DNA of 64,000 bases. It comes from Macrostomum lignano (taxonomy: Eukaryota). This document shows, one piece after another, positions 17,701 through 30,091 of this stretch; the stretch's first letter is position 1, and every line of letters starts with the position of its first letter. The notes below the pieces were generated by a model. That model ran no database searches. It saw nothing but the letters and a program-made list of their open reading frames with translations, and was not told the origin of the DNA. The position numbers and the translations under genes are program-made. The stretch spans positions 511 to 64,510 of the forward strand of contig NIVC01000302.1 in the NCBI GenBank assembly GCA_002269645.1, in the 5' to 3' direction.

Positions 17701-20336
17701 AACCTGACATCGGAGAATTCCCGGATGACATCGAGGAATCTCAGCCTGACATTGGGGAATCCCAGTATGACATCGGGGAATCCCAGTATGACATCGGGGA
17801 ATCCCAACCTAACAATGAAGAATCCCAGTCTGACATCGGGGAATCCCAGACTGACATCGGGGAATCCCATTCTGACATCGGCGAATCCCAGATTGACACA
17901 AAACTCCAAAACTTGAGCATAGAAGTTCGACAGCAGTACAAGCTAAAAGTGGTAGCTAATCCTCACCGATCCCCCTAACTCTCGCCAGAGACTACCTGTT
18001 CATGTGCGTAGACAACTCCGAGTCGCTCACTGCCGACGCGTACGGCGAGCGCCGACTGGCTACGCCACTGCGCGATCTGAACGGCTTGGCAACCGCCGTG
18101 ATCGACCTGAGCATGGGCAAGCTGCGCTTCCTGACCGAGGCCGACCAGCGTGAGGTGATGAAGATCCTCCGGCTGCTGCAGCTGACCCAGGACGAGATTA
18201 TCAAACAGGCGCTTGGCGAAGCCGGCGCTCTGGCACCCGGCGGCATGTCGGCCGAGGCCCTGTTCGACAGCTTCATGCTGCGGGACCTGCGCGAGAACGT
18301 CGGCCGACTCAGCAAGGAGGCGTACGCTGAGCTGCGCAGCTACAAGGAGCCTCCGAGCACAGTGCTGACCATCATCCGCGGCGTGCTGGCGATGTTCTAT
18401 CCGGATGCGGCCAAGGCCGGCGACTTCGACAAGTGGCGGCACTGCCAGAAGCACGTGAAGATCAGCCTGGGCCGCATGGTCATGGAGTTCGATCCGCAGA
18501 AGGATCCCGCCGCCGTGCCGCTGGAGTTCATTGATGCCTGTCTTAATGGTGAGCGTATGGGATTCTGGGGATTTGAGTAGCATTGAGCACATGGGATTCT
18601 GGGGATTTGAGTAGCATTGAGCACATGGGATTCTGGGGATTTGAGTAGCATTGAGCACATGGGATTCTTGGGATTTGAGTAGCATTGAGCACATGGGATT
18701 CTGGGGATTTGAGTAGCATTGAGCACATGGGATTCTTGGGATTTGAGTAGCATTGAGCATATGGGATTCTGGGGATTTGAGTAGCATTAAGCATATGGGA
18801 TTCTGGGTATTTGAGTAGCATTGAGCATATGGGATTCTGGGTAGTTGAGTAGCATTGAGCATATGAGATTCTGGGTATTTGAGTAGCATTGAGCATATGG
18901 GATTCTGGGTATTTGAGTAGTATTGAGCATATGGGATTCTGGGGATTTGAGTAGCATTGAGAACATGGGATTCTGGGTATTTGAGTAGTATTGAGCACAT
19001 GGGATGTTTTCTTGAATAAAATTTTATTTTTTCGACAACATAAACAAACTTCTATTTCATCTCGCTACTTAAAGCAAGTAATCAATGTAGCTACATGTAG
19101 ATAAAAATGAATTAGATGCTAGTTTTTAAATAAATGCAATTGCAGAATTAATCCACGACAATTGGAGAGCTCGACCTCTCGTATCTTTGATATCAGGTGA
19201 ATTACATCATTAGGAAAGTTTTTTATTCAGCTTTTACCTCGGTTACAAAACAACCATTTGGATTTGGACACGAATTGTTCCCCATATAGTCTCTGCACAT
19301 CCTGAGTGATTACATTCAATTTGTTTCGGATTTGCACTACTGTATAAGTATTTGCTGTTTCAAAACTTCCCATGTTTTTTGTACTGCACAGCGTATTACG
19401 CTTATGACATATTATACATGGTGCAACCAATGAGAAAGCTTGGAGAGTAAAAGTGGGGTGGATGTGTAAGGGGATAGAGCCAGAACATTAGAAAGCTTAG
19501 AAGGTAAAATTAAAGCTAGGAGTGGGGCGGGTGAGTAACGGGATAGAGCCAGCCAATTAGAAAGTTTGGAGGGTAAAAGTAAAGCTAGGAGTGGGGTGGA
19601 TGTGTAAGGGGATAGAGCCAGCCAATTAGAAAGTTTGGAGGGTAAAAGTAAAAGCTAGGAATGGGGTGGATGTGTACGGGGATAGAGCCAGCCAATTAGA
19701 AAGCTTGGAGGGTAAAATTAAAAACTAGGAATGGGGCGGGTGTGTAAGGGGATAAAGCCAGCCAACCAGAGAGCTTAGAGAGTCAAACCTAAATGTGGGG
19801 CGAAGAACTAAAGAGAATGGATCTGGCCAATAAGAGAGCTGGAATGGTAGAGCTACCCAATCAGAAAGCTTGGCTAGGAGTACGAGGGTCTTAATATAAA
19901 ATGCACTAAATAATAATTTTGGAAGCCTAGTTTTCATTCCCATGCATAATCGGCTACCGCTTACTATTAGTAGCATTGCAAGTAACAGAACAGATTCTCA
20001 TGCTTTGCCATTCAAAAAGAGCAATAAAATGAATTGACAGACGTACCGCAGAACATGGCCAGCAAGCACGGGTCGAAGCCGGCCGAATTCCTGTTCAACT
20101 GGTTAGTGGTGTGCGTCAGCATTGTCCGGCACACGTTGGACATGAACAAGAGGCGAGGGGTGAGTCAGAATCTGCCAGCTGTGCCCGAGGAGGCGGCGGC
20201 AGCGGCGGCTGACGGGGCTGACGGCGGCGAAGGCGACGGCGACGGCGAGGAGGACGGGACGGCAACTGCGGAACCGACGCAGGTTGTCGGCACCCCGCCG
20301 CCGCCTCCGGAAGAGCCAGCGGAGCAGACGGAATGA
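8768..20336 (+). CDS. EFCAB5: EF-hand calcium-binding domain-containing protein 5 (EF-hand plus GAF-like domain), about 1453 aa
   Basis: Exons (+): 8768-9718, 9820-9957, 10577-10832, 11329-12099, 12190-12246, 14041-14246, 14748-15392, 15760-16017, 17218-17441, 17989-18548, 20041-20336. All are GT-AG and phase-consistent, and total 4362 nt. Motifs include LAKEWL...FLIDSVFPTVILGLEKLL...FNPINYLGQYLMRNNPRY (Dpy-30-like), RNPRK|WP, the EF-hand WDNDGSGFLDLDEV, a GAF-like segment, and RDYLFMCVDNSE. Confidence 0.9.
10079..10209. mobile_element. hAT-type MITE
   Basis: TIRs CAGGTGCTTAGCCA / TGGCTACGCCCCTG (2 mismatches). Flanked by 8-bp near-duplications TGTAAATT (10071-10078) and TGTACATT (10210-10217). 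Confidence 0.6.
10210..10445. repeat. 36-bp minisatellite starting TGTACATTTGGGGTAGAAA
   Basis: About 6 copies directly after the MITE. Confidence 0.9.
11025..11282. repeat. 77-bp tandem repeat, about 3.4 copies
   Basis: CCCCACGCC recurs at 11041, 11118, 11195 and about 11272. Confidence 0.9.
12303..12611 (+). mobile_element. tRNA-derived SINE with CORE (MIR-like) central domain
   Basis: A-box-like TAGCCTTGTGG, B box GGTTCGATTCC (12354-12364), then TGTGTCCTTGAGCAAGACACTTAAC...CAGCTGTAAAATGGG, which resembles the MIR core. Ends in a (TAT)n tail at about 12599-12611. Confidence 0.72.
13220..14001. repeat. 30-bp minisatellite (TGAGTCACTCTGACCCACTAGAGCAGTCAG)n
   Basis: Direct reading; ends about 40 nt before the exon at 14041. 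Confidence 0.95.
14256..14707. repeat. Hexamer microsatellite (CATACT/CATGCT)n filling EFCAB5 intron 6
   Basis: Direct reading. Confidence 0.95.
15405..15752. repeat. Hexamer (CCAACT/CCAACC)n filling EFCAB5 intron 7
   Basis: Direct reading. Confidence 0.95.
16128..17092. repeat. 37-bp minisatellite (GAGGATCTGGGAGGCTGGTGGTGGTTGCCCAGCAACA)n
   Basis: About 25 copies. Confidence 0.95.
17540..17897. repeat. 21-bp degenerate minisatellite (GACATCGGGGAATCCCAGTAT)n
   Basis: Direct reading. Confidence 0.9.
18557..19005. repeat. 34-bp minisatellite (ATGGGATTCTGGGGATTTGAGTAGCATTGAGCAC)n
   Basis: Begins 8 nt after the donor at 18549. Confidence 0.95.
19435..19790. repeat. Degenerate tandem repeat of about 66 bp
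   Basis: GGATAGAGCCAGCCAATTAGAAAG recurs about 5 times. Confidence 0.8.
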
Positions 20337-20585
20337 AAGCAGAAATGTGATTATTTAAAAAGGAACAGAAATGAAGCAGAGGTGCAGACAGAAGGAATAT
20401 TTTCGTTTGCTTCTGATTCTGTGTACTTTTCCTGTTTTCTTTTTGCCGTTATAAAATACTCGAATTTTTTAATATAACCTTTTTGAATAGTTTTCGAATT
20501 ATTTAAGCGTATGGATATTGTGAAATAATTTTAATTTGAGCTTCATAACTGTGAGCTCAGCGAGTCTGGCGCGCGAAATCGAAAT

Positions 20586-20870
20586 GGGGGTCACTGGCCC
20601 TCCCTGAGATTTGTAACTTCTCCAAGGGGTCACTGACCCTCCCTAAGATTCGTAACTACTCCAAGGGGTCACTGGCCCTCCCCTAAGATTCGTAACTACT
20701 CCAAGGGGTCACTGACCCTCCCCTAAGATTCTTAGTTTACTCTAAAGGGGGTCACTGGTCCCTCTAATATTTTTTTTGCTCTAAAGGGGGTCACTGACCC
20801 TCCCTAAGATTCTTAGCTACTCCAAGGGGGTCACTGACCCTCCCCTAAGAATCTTAGCTAAGGGGTCGCT
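20586..20870. repeat. Tandem repeat of about 41 bp (GGGGTCACTGACCCTCCCTAAGATT...)
   Basis: About 7 degenerate copies. Confidence 0.85.
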
Positions 20871-21293
20871 TGACCTCACTAAAAGCTCTGCATGTTCTGG
20901 TTGATTAATAAAAAGTTATCAATGACATTTCTAAATTCTTTCCGAGTTTTTCTACTTTTTGCCAGACTACCCTCTGAAAGCACAAGAAAGACATTCCACA
21001 ACCATTTTTGGATTCTTAGTGGTTTATTTCTACTTTATTATATTGACTTTGATGAATTACTATGAAATAAATTTAACAGATGCGATAGAAAAACATCAAT
21101 ATTTTTGACGTCTGAACTGCCGTCTTGTCAATTATACTAGCTGCCTGTTGCAGTGTATTTGAAACTTTCCATTTTAATCACAAGATTCTTAAAACGAAGA
21201 TGCATGCAGGTATTTTTCGTGCAGTAAAAGCATAATTATTCCAGTTTGTTTACAACTTTTTTCTTACCATTCTTACCTTTGCTTTAGACAGAC

Positions 21294-24200
21294 TCAAGTT
21301 ACTGCAGAAGCATGGTTGCAGAGGGGGTAAAGAGGGGAGGGAGTTGGGTAGAGAGGGGTAGAGAGGTGTAGAGAGGGGTAGAGAGGTGTAGAGAGGTGTA
21401 GAGAGGTGTAGAGAGGTGTAGAGAGGTGTAGAGAGGGGTAGAGAGGTGTAGAGAGGTGTAGAGAGGGGTAGAGAGGTGTAGAGAGGTGTAGAGAGGTGTA
21501 GAGAGGTGTAGAGAGGTGTAGAGAGGTGTAGAGAGGCGTAGAGAGGTGTAGAGAGGGGTAGAGAGGCGTAGAGAGGGGTAGAGAGGGGTAGAGAGGTGTA
21601 GAGAGGGGTAGAGAGGTGTAGAGAGGTATGGAGAGAGGGGGTGGAGATGGGAGGGAGATGAGCAGAAGACAATTACGAGTGTAAAACTGAGAGAAAAACG
21701 GGAATAATGAGCAATCATCATAGCCAGGGAGACTCACCAGGTGCACATGTGTAGTTAACAAACAGGTACTTGTAGTTGTTCGGGCAGGGATCTCCAAAGT
21801 GATCATTGCTGGCCAGCACACTGCAAGCTGATTGATTCTGGCACACAGATTTGACGTAGCTCAAGGATTGAGAGCTCTGACAGTTATCAGCAGTATTTGT
21901 GTCCTTCACACAGTCGGTGCTGAACTCGCTTGATTTGCCGTACATCACGTAGGCGATGTCGATGCGCCGAGATGTCGAGCAGGTGAGGCTTGCCGATTCG
22001 CCTTCGCACACCAGAGTGGAATACCGTGCTGCACAGCAAGAGGGCGCATTTCATAAACTCGAAATTTCAGAAATTTGAAACTTCACAACATCGAAATATC
22101 GAGTCACCGTTTTACAGTCTTTTGCAATAGCATGATAACTAAAAATGATTAGCATGTTATCTGCATTAGAAATCCACTCGACTATAGGGCTATTTTGCTG
22201 AGGACCATTGGAAAATGATGAGGCTGAGGACCATTGGATCATGATGAGGCTGAGGACCATTGGATCATGATGAGGCTGAGGACCATTGGATCATGATGAG
22301 GTTGAGGACCATTGGATCATGATGAGGTTGAGGACCATTGGATCATGATGAGGTTGAGGACCATTGGATCATGATGAAGCTGAGGACCATTGGATCATGA
22401 AGCTGAGGACCATTGGATCATGATGAGGTTGAGGACCATTGGATCATGATGAAGCTGAGGACCATTGGATCATGATGAGGCTGAGGACCATTGGATCATG
22501 ATGAAGCTGAGGACAATTGGATCATGAAGCTGAGGACAATTGAATCATGATGAGGCTGAGGACCATTGGATCATGATGAGGTTGAGGACCATTGGATCAT
22601 GATGAGGTTGAGGACCATTGGAAAATGATGAGGTTGAGGACCATTGGATCATGATGAGGTTGAGGACCATTGGATCATGATGAGGCTGAGGACCATTGGA
22701 TCATGATGAGGCTGAGGACCATTGGATCATGATGAGGCTGAGGACCATTGGATCATGATGAGGCTGAGGACCATTGGATCATGATGAGGTTGAGGACCAT
22801 TGGATCATGATGAAGCTGAGGACCATTGGATCATGATGAGGCTGAGGACCATTGGATCATGATGAAGCTGAGGACAATTGGATCATGAAGCTGAGGACAA
22901 TTGAATCATGATGAGGCTGAGGACCATTGGATCATGATGAAGCTGAGGACAATTGGATCATGATGAGGCTGAGGACCATTGGATCATGATGAGGTTGAGG
23001 ACCATTGGATCATGATGAGGTTGAGGACCATTGGATCATGATGAAGCTGAGGGCAATTGGATCATGATGAGGCTGAGGACCACTGGATCATGATGAAGCT
23101 GAGGACAATTGGATCATGAGGCTGAGGACCATCGGATCATGATGAGGCTTAGGATCACTGGCGATGATACTTGGCCACTGTTTTCAGGCGACCCAGTACG
23201 GAAATCCGGGATCTGACTGGGAGAACCATAAAACACAAGAATCCCAAATTTAGCTTTGATTCCTCGGGCTGGGTGAAGCGTAAACAGGATAATGGGGTTC
23301 TTTATTCTACACCCATTAACAGTAGAACTACCAAGAGGGGGGGAAAATTTCCCCCCCTGACAATTTTTTTTGCTGCGTCGGAACGGAGCAACGCAGGCAC
23401 ACAAAATTCAAGAACATGGGCTAACTTTTTGTTGCGCACCTTCTCAAACAAGAATCAAGTTGCCAACCCTCCGGACCGTCGAGATATTCGACGATTCTGC
23501 CAGAAGGTCAGATTTTTTCCATAAGCGCTAGTGTATTCAGTACACCCCTGTGCGCCAATTAGCACTGCGCCTCAGTGCAGCCTTGCCAAGTCTCCAAATT
23601 TCATCAGCACGTCGACCAAATGTGTCTGCATCAGCTCTGACTTCGTTGGTTACTGGCCTTCACCGAGACGGAGCTTCTAGACCTTCAACAGGTGGCACCA
23701 GGTGACTATGAACACCTTGATGCGAATTTCTCTAGTTTCGCCGATCAAGCCTCGACAGTAGGCAAGCCTCAACTGCCAGACACCCTCAGCTAGTCTCCTG
23801 AGCATTCCTTCATCATCCCGACACCGACGGCACCTTCAACAGGTGGCATCAGGTGACTATGGACGTCCTTTTGCAACTATGTCAGGTTTTTCTTATCAAG
23901 CTTCAATAATGAGCAAACATCAACTGCTGGACATCCTCAGCTAGTCAGTCAAGCATTCAGCCATCACCCCGACGCCGTCGGCACCTTCAACAGGTGGCAC
24001 CAGGGGAGTAAGGACACCTGAGCGTGATTTTTCATCATTCTCTTAACATTTCTGAAGCATAAGAAAAACCTGACATATTTGCAACAGGATGTCCATAGTC
24101 ACCTGGTGTAATCTGTTGAAGGAGCCGACGGCGTCCGGTTGATGGCTGAATGCTTGACTGACTAGCTGAGGATGTCCAGCAGTTGATTTTTGCCTACTAT

Positions 24201-25154
24201 CGAGGCTTGATCGGCGAAACTAGAGAAATTCTTATCAGGCTGTCCATAGTCACCTGGTGTAATCTGTTGAAGGAGCCGACGGCGTCGAGATGATGACGGA
24301 ATGCTTGAGAGACTAGCTGACAATGTCCGTCGGTTGAGGTTTGCCCATTATTGAAGCTTGATAAGAAAGACCTGACATAGTTGCAAAAGGACGTCCATAG
24401 TCACCTGATGCCACCTGTTGAAGGTGCCGTCGGTGTCGGGATGATGAAGGAATGCTCAGGAGACTAGCTGAGGGTGTCTGGCAGTTGAGGCTTGCCTACT
24501 GTCGAGGCTTGATCGGCGAAACTAGAGAAATTCGCATCAAGGTGTTCATAGTCACCTGGTGCCACCTGTTGAAGGTCTAGAAGCTCCGTCTCGGTGAAGG
24601 CCAGTAACCAACGAAGTCAGAGCTGATGCAGACACATTTGGTCGACGTGCTGATGAAATTTGGAGACTTGGCAAGGCTGCACTGAGGCGCAGTGCTAATT
24701 GGCACACAGGGGTGTACTGAATACACTAGCGCTTATGGGAAAAATCTGACCTTCTGGCAGAATCGTCGAATATCTCGACGGTCCGGAGGGTTGGCAACTT
24801 GATTCTTGTTTGAGAAGGTGCGCAACAAAAAGTTAGCCCATGTTCTTGAATTTTGTGTGCCTGCGTTGCTCCGTTCCGACGCAGCAAAAAAAATTGTCAG
24901 GGGGGGAATTTTTCCCCCCTCTTGGTAGTTCGACGGGCGGAAAAATGGCTTGGTATTCCTACTGTTAATACACCCAGGGGATGGGATCAGACAGTGATGT
25001 CGCTAGTCTGATAAGCCGCTTCCATTAGCTGTTTGGGTAAAAAGAGTGCCTAATGGGAATTGAACTCGCTATACTCACCGCTCACTGTAACCATGGCGAC
25101 GAGAAAGTAAATTAACTGTAGAAGCAGGTATCTCCGATGCAATCTGGCAGTCAT
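21294..25154 (-). CDS. Secreted single-domain SUEL / L-rhamnose-binding (Gal_Lectin) lectin, about 124 aa
   Basis: Exon 1 25154-25079 encodes the signal peptide MTARLHRRYLLLQLIYFLVAMVTVS (phase-1 donor GTGAGT). Exon 2 22028-21738 is a symmetric phase 1-1 exon with 8 Cys and the YG, DPC and KYL motifs. Exon 3 21301-21294 gives VT-stop. Confidence 0.82.
21345..21630. repeat. (GAGAGGTGTA)n decamer array
   Basis: Direct reading; lectin intron 2. Confidence 0.95.
22198..23150. repeat. 26-bp minisatellite (GAGGACCATTGGATCATGATGAGGCT)n
   Basis: Period 26 with 23-bp variants; lectin intron 1. Confidence 0.95.
23320..24964. mobile_element. Foldback-like non-autonomous DNA transposon with about 600-bp modular inverted arms, TTAA-flanked
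   Basis: 23325-23920 is a near-perfect reverse complement of 24330-24931. There are internal subrepeats of about 150 bp (ACCTTCAACAGGTGGC). The termini CAGTAG...CTACTG are flanked by TTAA at 23316-23319 and 24965-24968. Confidence 0.8.
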
Positions 25155-25238
25155 AACTGCGAGAGCTCTTGAATGGATTTATTGGATCATATATGCTCTG
25201 AGCTGGGTCTGGATGCTCAGGCTGCCCAAGCACGCGAA

Positions 25239-25246
25239 TATTTATA
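25239..25246 (-). promoter_or_regulatory. TATA box of the lectin gene
   Basis: TATAAATA on the minus strand about 85 nt upstream of the lectin ATG at 25154. Confidence 0.5.
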
Positions 25247-25431
25247 GAGCTGTAGCAGCATCTGGTTTACAGCCAATCACAGCCTTCCTGTGCTTCCATG
25301 CTTGCCACCGAGAAATCTTATGGAAGGTTTCTGGACAGAAAAATACTGCATACTGCATTCTTGGGTATGTAATAATGTAGTATTGGATGCCATGTAGACA
25401 AAAGGAATAGAAAGTTTCCGAACTCCGAAAC

Positions 25432-26380
25432 TGTCACACAGAGTTAACAAGGTTGTCACAGAATTAACAAGGTTGTCACACAGAATTAACGAGGTTGTCA
25501 CAGAATTAACAAGGTTGTCACACAGAATTAACAAGGTTGTCACACAGAATTAACAAGGTTGTCACACAAAATTATCAAGGTTGTCCCACAGGATTAACAA
25601 GGTTGTCACACAGGATTAACAAGGTTGTCACACAGGATTAACAAGGTTGTCACACAAAATTAACAAGGTTTTCTCACAGGATTAACAAGGTTGTCACACA
25701 GAATTAACAAGGTTGTCACACAGAATTACCAAGGTTGTCACACAGAGTTAACAAGATTGTCACACAGAGTTAACAAGGTTGTCACACAGAATTAACAAGG
25801 TTGTCACACAAAATTATCAAGGTTGTCCCACAGGATTAACAAGGTAATCACACAGAATTAACAAGATTGTCACACAGAATTAACAAGGTAATCACACAGA
25901 ATTAACAAGGTTGTCACACAGAATTAACAAGGTTGTCACACAAAATTAACAAGGTTGTCACACAGAATTAACAAGGTTGTCACACAGAATTAACAAGGTT
26001 GGCACACAGAACTAACAAGGTTGTCACACAGAATTAACAAGGTTGTCACACAGAATTAACAAGGTTGTCACACAGAATTAACAAGGTTCTCACACAGAAT
26101 TAACAAGGTTGTCACACAGAGTTAACAAGGTTGTCACACCGGATTAACAAGGTTGTCACACAGAATTAACAAGGTTGTCACACCGGATTAACAAGGTTGT
26201 CACACAGAATTAACAAGGTTGTCACACAGAATTAACAAGGTTGTCACACAGAATTAACAAGGTTCACAGAATTAACAAGGTTCACAGAATCACAGAATTA
26301 ACAAGGTTGTCACAGAATTAACAAGGTTGTCACAGAATTAACAAGGTTGTCACAGAATTAACAAGGCTGTCACAAAATTA
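25432..26380. repeat. 22-bp minisatellite (ACAAGGTTGTCACACAGAATTA)n
   Basis: About 43 copies upstream of the lectin gene. Confidence 0.95.
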
Positions 26381-29300
26381 CATGTTACAAGATGTTACCA
26401 GATTTCACACATTCTGTGTCAAACAGAAGAAACCTTATTCAAACGTGTATTAAAAATATGCACTTTTCATTGATATTAAAAACATTGCTCTCGCTTCAAT
26501 CGCTAAGCTATTTTTGTCCCTAAAATTGTTTTTTTGGAGGAAGAGCATTCATGCAAATCAAGAAGAATAGGATGTGCTATCATTTGCCTTAATTCACTTC
26601 CATTGTTAATATTGCTGTGAATAGCAGTTATTAATAAGATAATAGAATTATTGTAATAATCGAATGGGGAAATTTTTTGCTCAAGCACGATACTCGCATT
26701 TTCATTTCCTGCATAGGAAAAAAAATGGTTTACGCATGCGAGTAGATTGATGTTTGTATGATTGTAAAATAATTTATTGCAGCATTCTCAACTTGGCTCA
26801 TCAGATAGCTAAGTTATAAAATTTAACTAGATGTTTGTTTTTGCGATACCAATTTAAAAAATGATGTCTTTTTGATGTTGCAATTGCGCCTTGCCATGTT
26901 TTGATAGGCACACGATCTATTTTGTCATTCTTAGCTGACTGTAGCAGTATGTGTAACAGAGATGATAAAATTTTTATGATTTTTAGGTACAGGGAATGTA
27001 CGTATAGAATAAAAAATTAACATAGAATCTTAATTTTCTAAACTAAAACTTTATGAATATCAATAGAGCTATAAAAGAGGCACTTCGACTTGACTTAGCT
27101 GCAGGGTGGTCCGTAGACACAGCGGGGAGGCGAGGGTCGCCCATTACGCTAGCCCTTGAAGGCCCTGCAGACAGGCAGGAGGCGCGGGGCCGGTCAGGGT
27201 GGTCCCGCCGGTCCTGCAGCGTTCACTCTTCAAAGTTCACTCTCGAGGTGGCCTCGGAAGAGGTAGCCATGGCCGGTAAGGGTCATGGACAAGGGCTCGA
27301 ATATCCTTCCGATTTTGCTTCAGAAGGACGTTTCTGAGCCTGCGAGAGGGGCACGGAACCGCAGCACGAGATTGCCGGCAGTTTTGGGTGCCCGCCCATC
27401 TGTCACTGTGGAGGGAACCAGCCCAGTCATCGATCTGACGATTGATGACCGTAGAGGGGATAGGGATCAGGGGAGCAGGGCCAAGAAAAGAGCCAGAGCC
27501 CCCCTCTTAGCGAGGGTGTCTGCCAGCTCGTTCCCCGGAAACCCTGCGTGCCCTGGGATCCACTTCAGCCTGACAGTACATGTATTGCTACTGGCCAGAA
27601 GGCTGAGCTTCCGGGCGCAGTCGGCGACTGTCCGGGAGTTCTTTGTGGTGTGGCAAAGGGCCTGTAAGTTCGCTTGGCTATCCTCTCTCCTCTCTCCTCT
27701 TGGCATTCAGCTCTCCTCTCGTACCCTTGGAAGACCGTGGAGAGTCTGCCAGTGTGCTGGACATGCGTGGCAATGACGCGGCCGTTGCCAGCATGGCCGT
27801 CTTTGATGGATCCGTCTGTTTAACAATGGAACTCCTGGAGATTCCAGTGGTCAGTGGCAGCATCCCTAGAGGGGATGGTGACCTTTTAGCGCTGAAAGAG
27901 GTTGAGAGTGCGGGGTTCACCGTCAGATAAGACGTGGAGCCCGCCGCCGTCTCTCAAGTATTTGAGGCAGAGGTCGGCGTGAGGCAGAAGCCATGGCCCT
28001 GTGGGGCAGGATACGAATGCCAGCGTCAATTAGACGGCGGGCAGTCTTAGCCGCTTCCCTGCGGACAAAGATGTCCAGCGGGGGAATGTTGAGGAAGGCG
28101 TTGAGGCCATCGTAAGAAGCAGACGGGGGCGTTCATGATCATGCGGTATGCGCGCCCTTGCGCTCTCCTGAGACTCTCTAGGCAGGTCTTCATCTGCAGG
28201 GCGCTAGCCCAGATCAGGCCGCCGGACGAGACAGCGGGCTTAACCATTGCAGTGTAGATCCACCAGAGGCGCTTAGGGGTGAGCTCCCAGGTGGTGCCGA
28301 CGGCCCTGCGCAGCAGCGCGAGAACTGCGAGGGCCCTCTTGGCTATTGCTTGAACGTGGGGTGACCAGCAGCCTGTGATCCAGGTTAATACCCAGATATT
28401 TAGTCTGCTTGTAGGGGATTTCCCTTCCGTAAAGCGTGAGCGGCCGAATTTTCCACTTGGACCTGCTGGTGAACATGATCGCTGCGGTCTTAGTCTCAGA
28501 GAGCCTTAAACCACAGCGGTCCGCCCATTGCTCAGCGACGTAAATAAAATTCTGAAGAAGGTCCCCCAGGGTATCAGGGGACGGACCAGATGCCACCGCG
28601 GTGACATCGTCCGCATATCCTACTTTCAGAGGCGTCAGGCCGAGCATCCCGAAGGAGCTCATCGATGACCATATTCCAGAGAACTTGAGACAGCACGCCA
28701 CCTTGTGGGCTACCTTTGCAGACGTCCTCTGGTAGCCCAGCAGACTGGCGGTGGCCGTGCGATGGCTGATCATGTACATGATCCACCTGGTGAGATGCGA
28801 GTGGGTTTGCCTCTCACAGAGGGCTCTTTGGAACGCCTGGAAGATGAAGTTATCGAAGGCGCTAATGATGTTCAGGAAGATCCCTTGAGCGAAGCCGTTT
28901 CCAAGCACGACCTTCTCTAGTTTATCGAACAGGACGTGCTGCGCGCTTTCAGTGGAGCGACCCGCCTGCAAAGCGTGCTGGTTTCCGCAGAAGGGTTTGT
29001 TCTTCAGCTCCACAGAGAGGAGGCGCCAGAGCACCAATCTCTCCATCAGCTTGACCAGGGAGGAGGTTGAGGTTGGAGGTTGGAGGCTGATCAGTCTGAA
29101 GGATTTGATAGAATGGTAGTCCGGACGGCCTGGCTTAGGGATAAAAATCACCTTTGCCTCGGTCCAAAGCCTGTGGGACGTAACCAAGGGTGATGCACGC
29201 CCGAAAAGGCTGCAAAGTTTACTCAGGAAGCCATGGGCATTTAACCGCCTCTCTTAGGAGGGCGGGTACAATACAATCGGGTACTGGAGCCTTAAAAGGT

Positions 29301-29794
29301 TTGAATGAGTTAGCCGCTATTACGATGCGGTTCTCCGTGATGATAGAGGCAGCCAGCGCGTCCGGAGTGGTCACGTTGACCGGCTTGTTGGGTAAAATGC
29401 AGAGAGCATTGCATCAAGCGTTTCGCCTGGGTTGTCCGTGGACTTGCCGCCGGTGCGCTTAACAGAGGAAAGCTTAGACATTTTGTCCAGCGCAAGCGCT
29501 TTCACAGTTCTGGAGGTGGGGCGTGAGTCCTCTAGCTCCTCACAGTATTGACGCCATTTCTGAGCTTTCGCGTTCCTGACCTGCCTTTTAAACTCATGGG
29601 GCCGTATGAATAAAACGTGAGAAAATCTTTAAAGATTATCTTTCGAGCCAAGAATTTCTTTAAAGAAATTCTTTTCCGGCAAGAAAATCTGTTGGAGAAA
29701 ATCTTACGAGTCAAGATATTCTAGAAAAGACATGAATAAAAGTTTCTCGGCTCGTGAGATTTTCTCGGCGACTGCCACTTGGCTGAAAGTTGTC

Positions 29795-30091
29795 TAGGGC
29801 CCAAACCAAGATGTCGGTGACGTGGAATTCCAAGCAAGTGCAACCGTCGTCTCGCCACAGCCAGCTGATGAGAGACGTTCACCCTCCGTGCAGCCTAAGG
29901 AACCAGCGAGGAAGCGTCGCATGTCTGGCGAGACAGAGGAGACGGAGAAGTTGGGCAACGCCGATTTGCAACGACTGGTGCTGCTGGAGCAGCTGCGCTA
30001 CGTCAGACTGAAAAGGCGACTGGTGATGGAGTCTCAGGCGAGCAGACCTGCTCTTCGCCCTCCGTCGTACGGAAACGGGTACCATGATTGA
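29795..30091 (+). pseudogene. C-terminal remnant of the Harbinger second (Myb/SANT-partner) ORF
   Basis: ORF convergent with the transposase inside the TIRs, ending ...KRRMSGE...LQRLVLLEQLRYVRLKRR. An in-frame stop upstream leaves no room for a Myb/SANT domain. Identity is inferred from position. Confidence 0.5.

Noticed and set aside
13336-17941. Numerous periodic ORFs (GQSDSLTALV, HTHTHA, MSMSMS, LGNHHQPP, TSGNPSM) and the apparent PT/PN-rich proteins
   Set aside because: Stop-poor tandem repeats in EFCAB5 introns. Canonical splice sites exclude them from the conserved protein.
25087-25100. X-box-like GTAACCATGGCGAC
   Set aside because: Lies inside the lectin signal-peptide exon (codons V-A-M-V-T on the minus strand), so coding sequence explains it.
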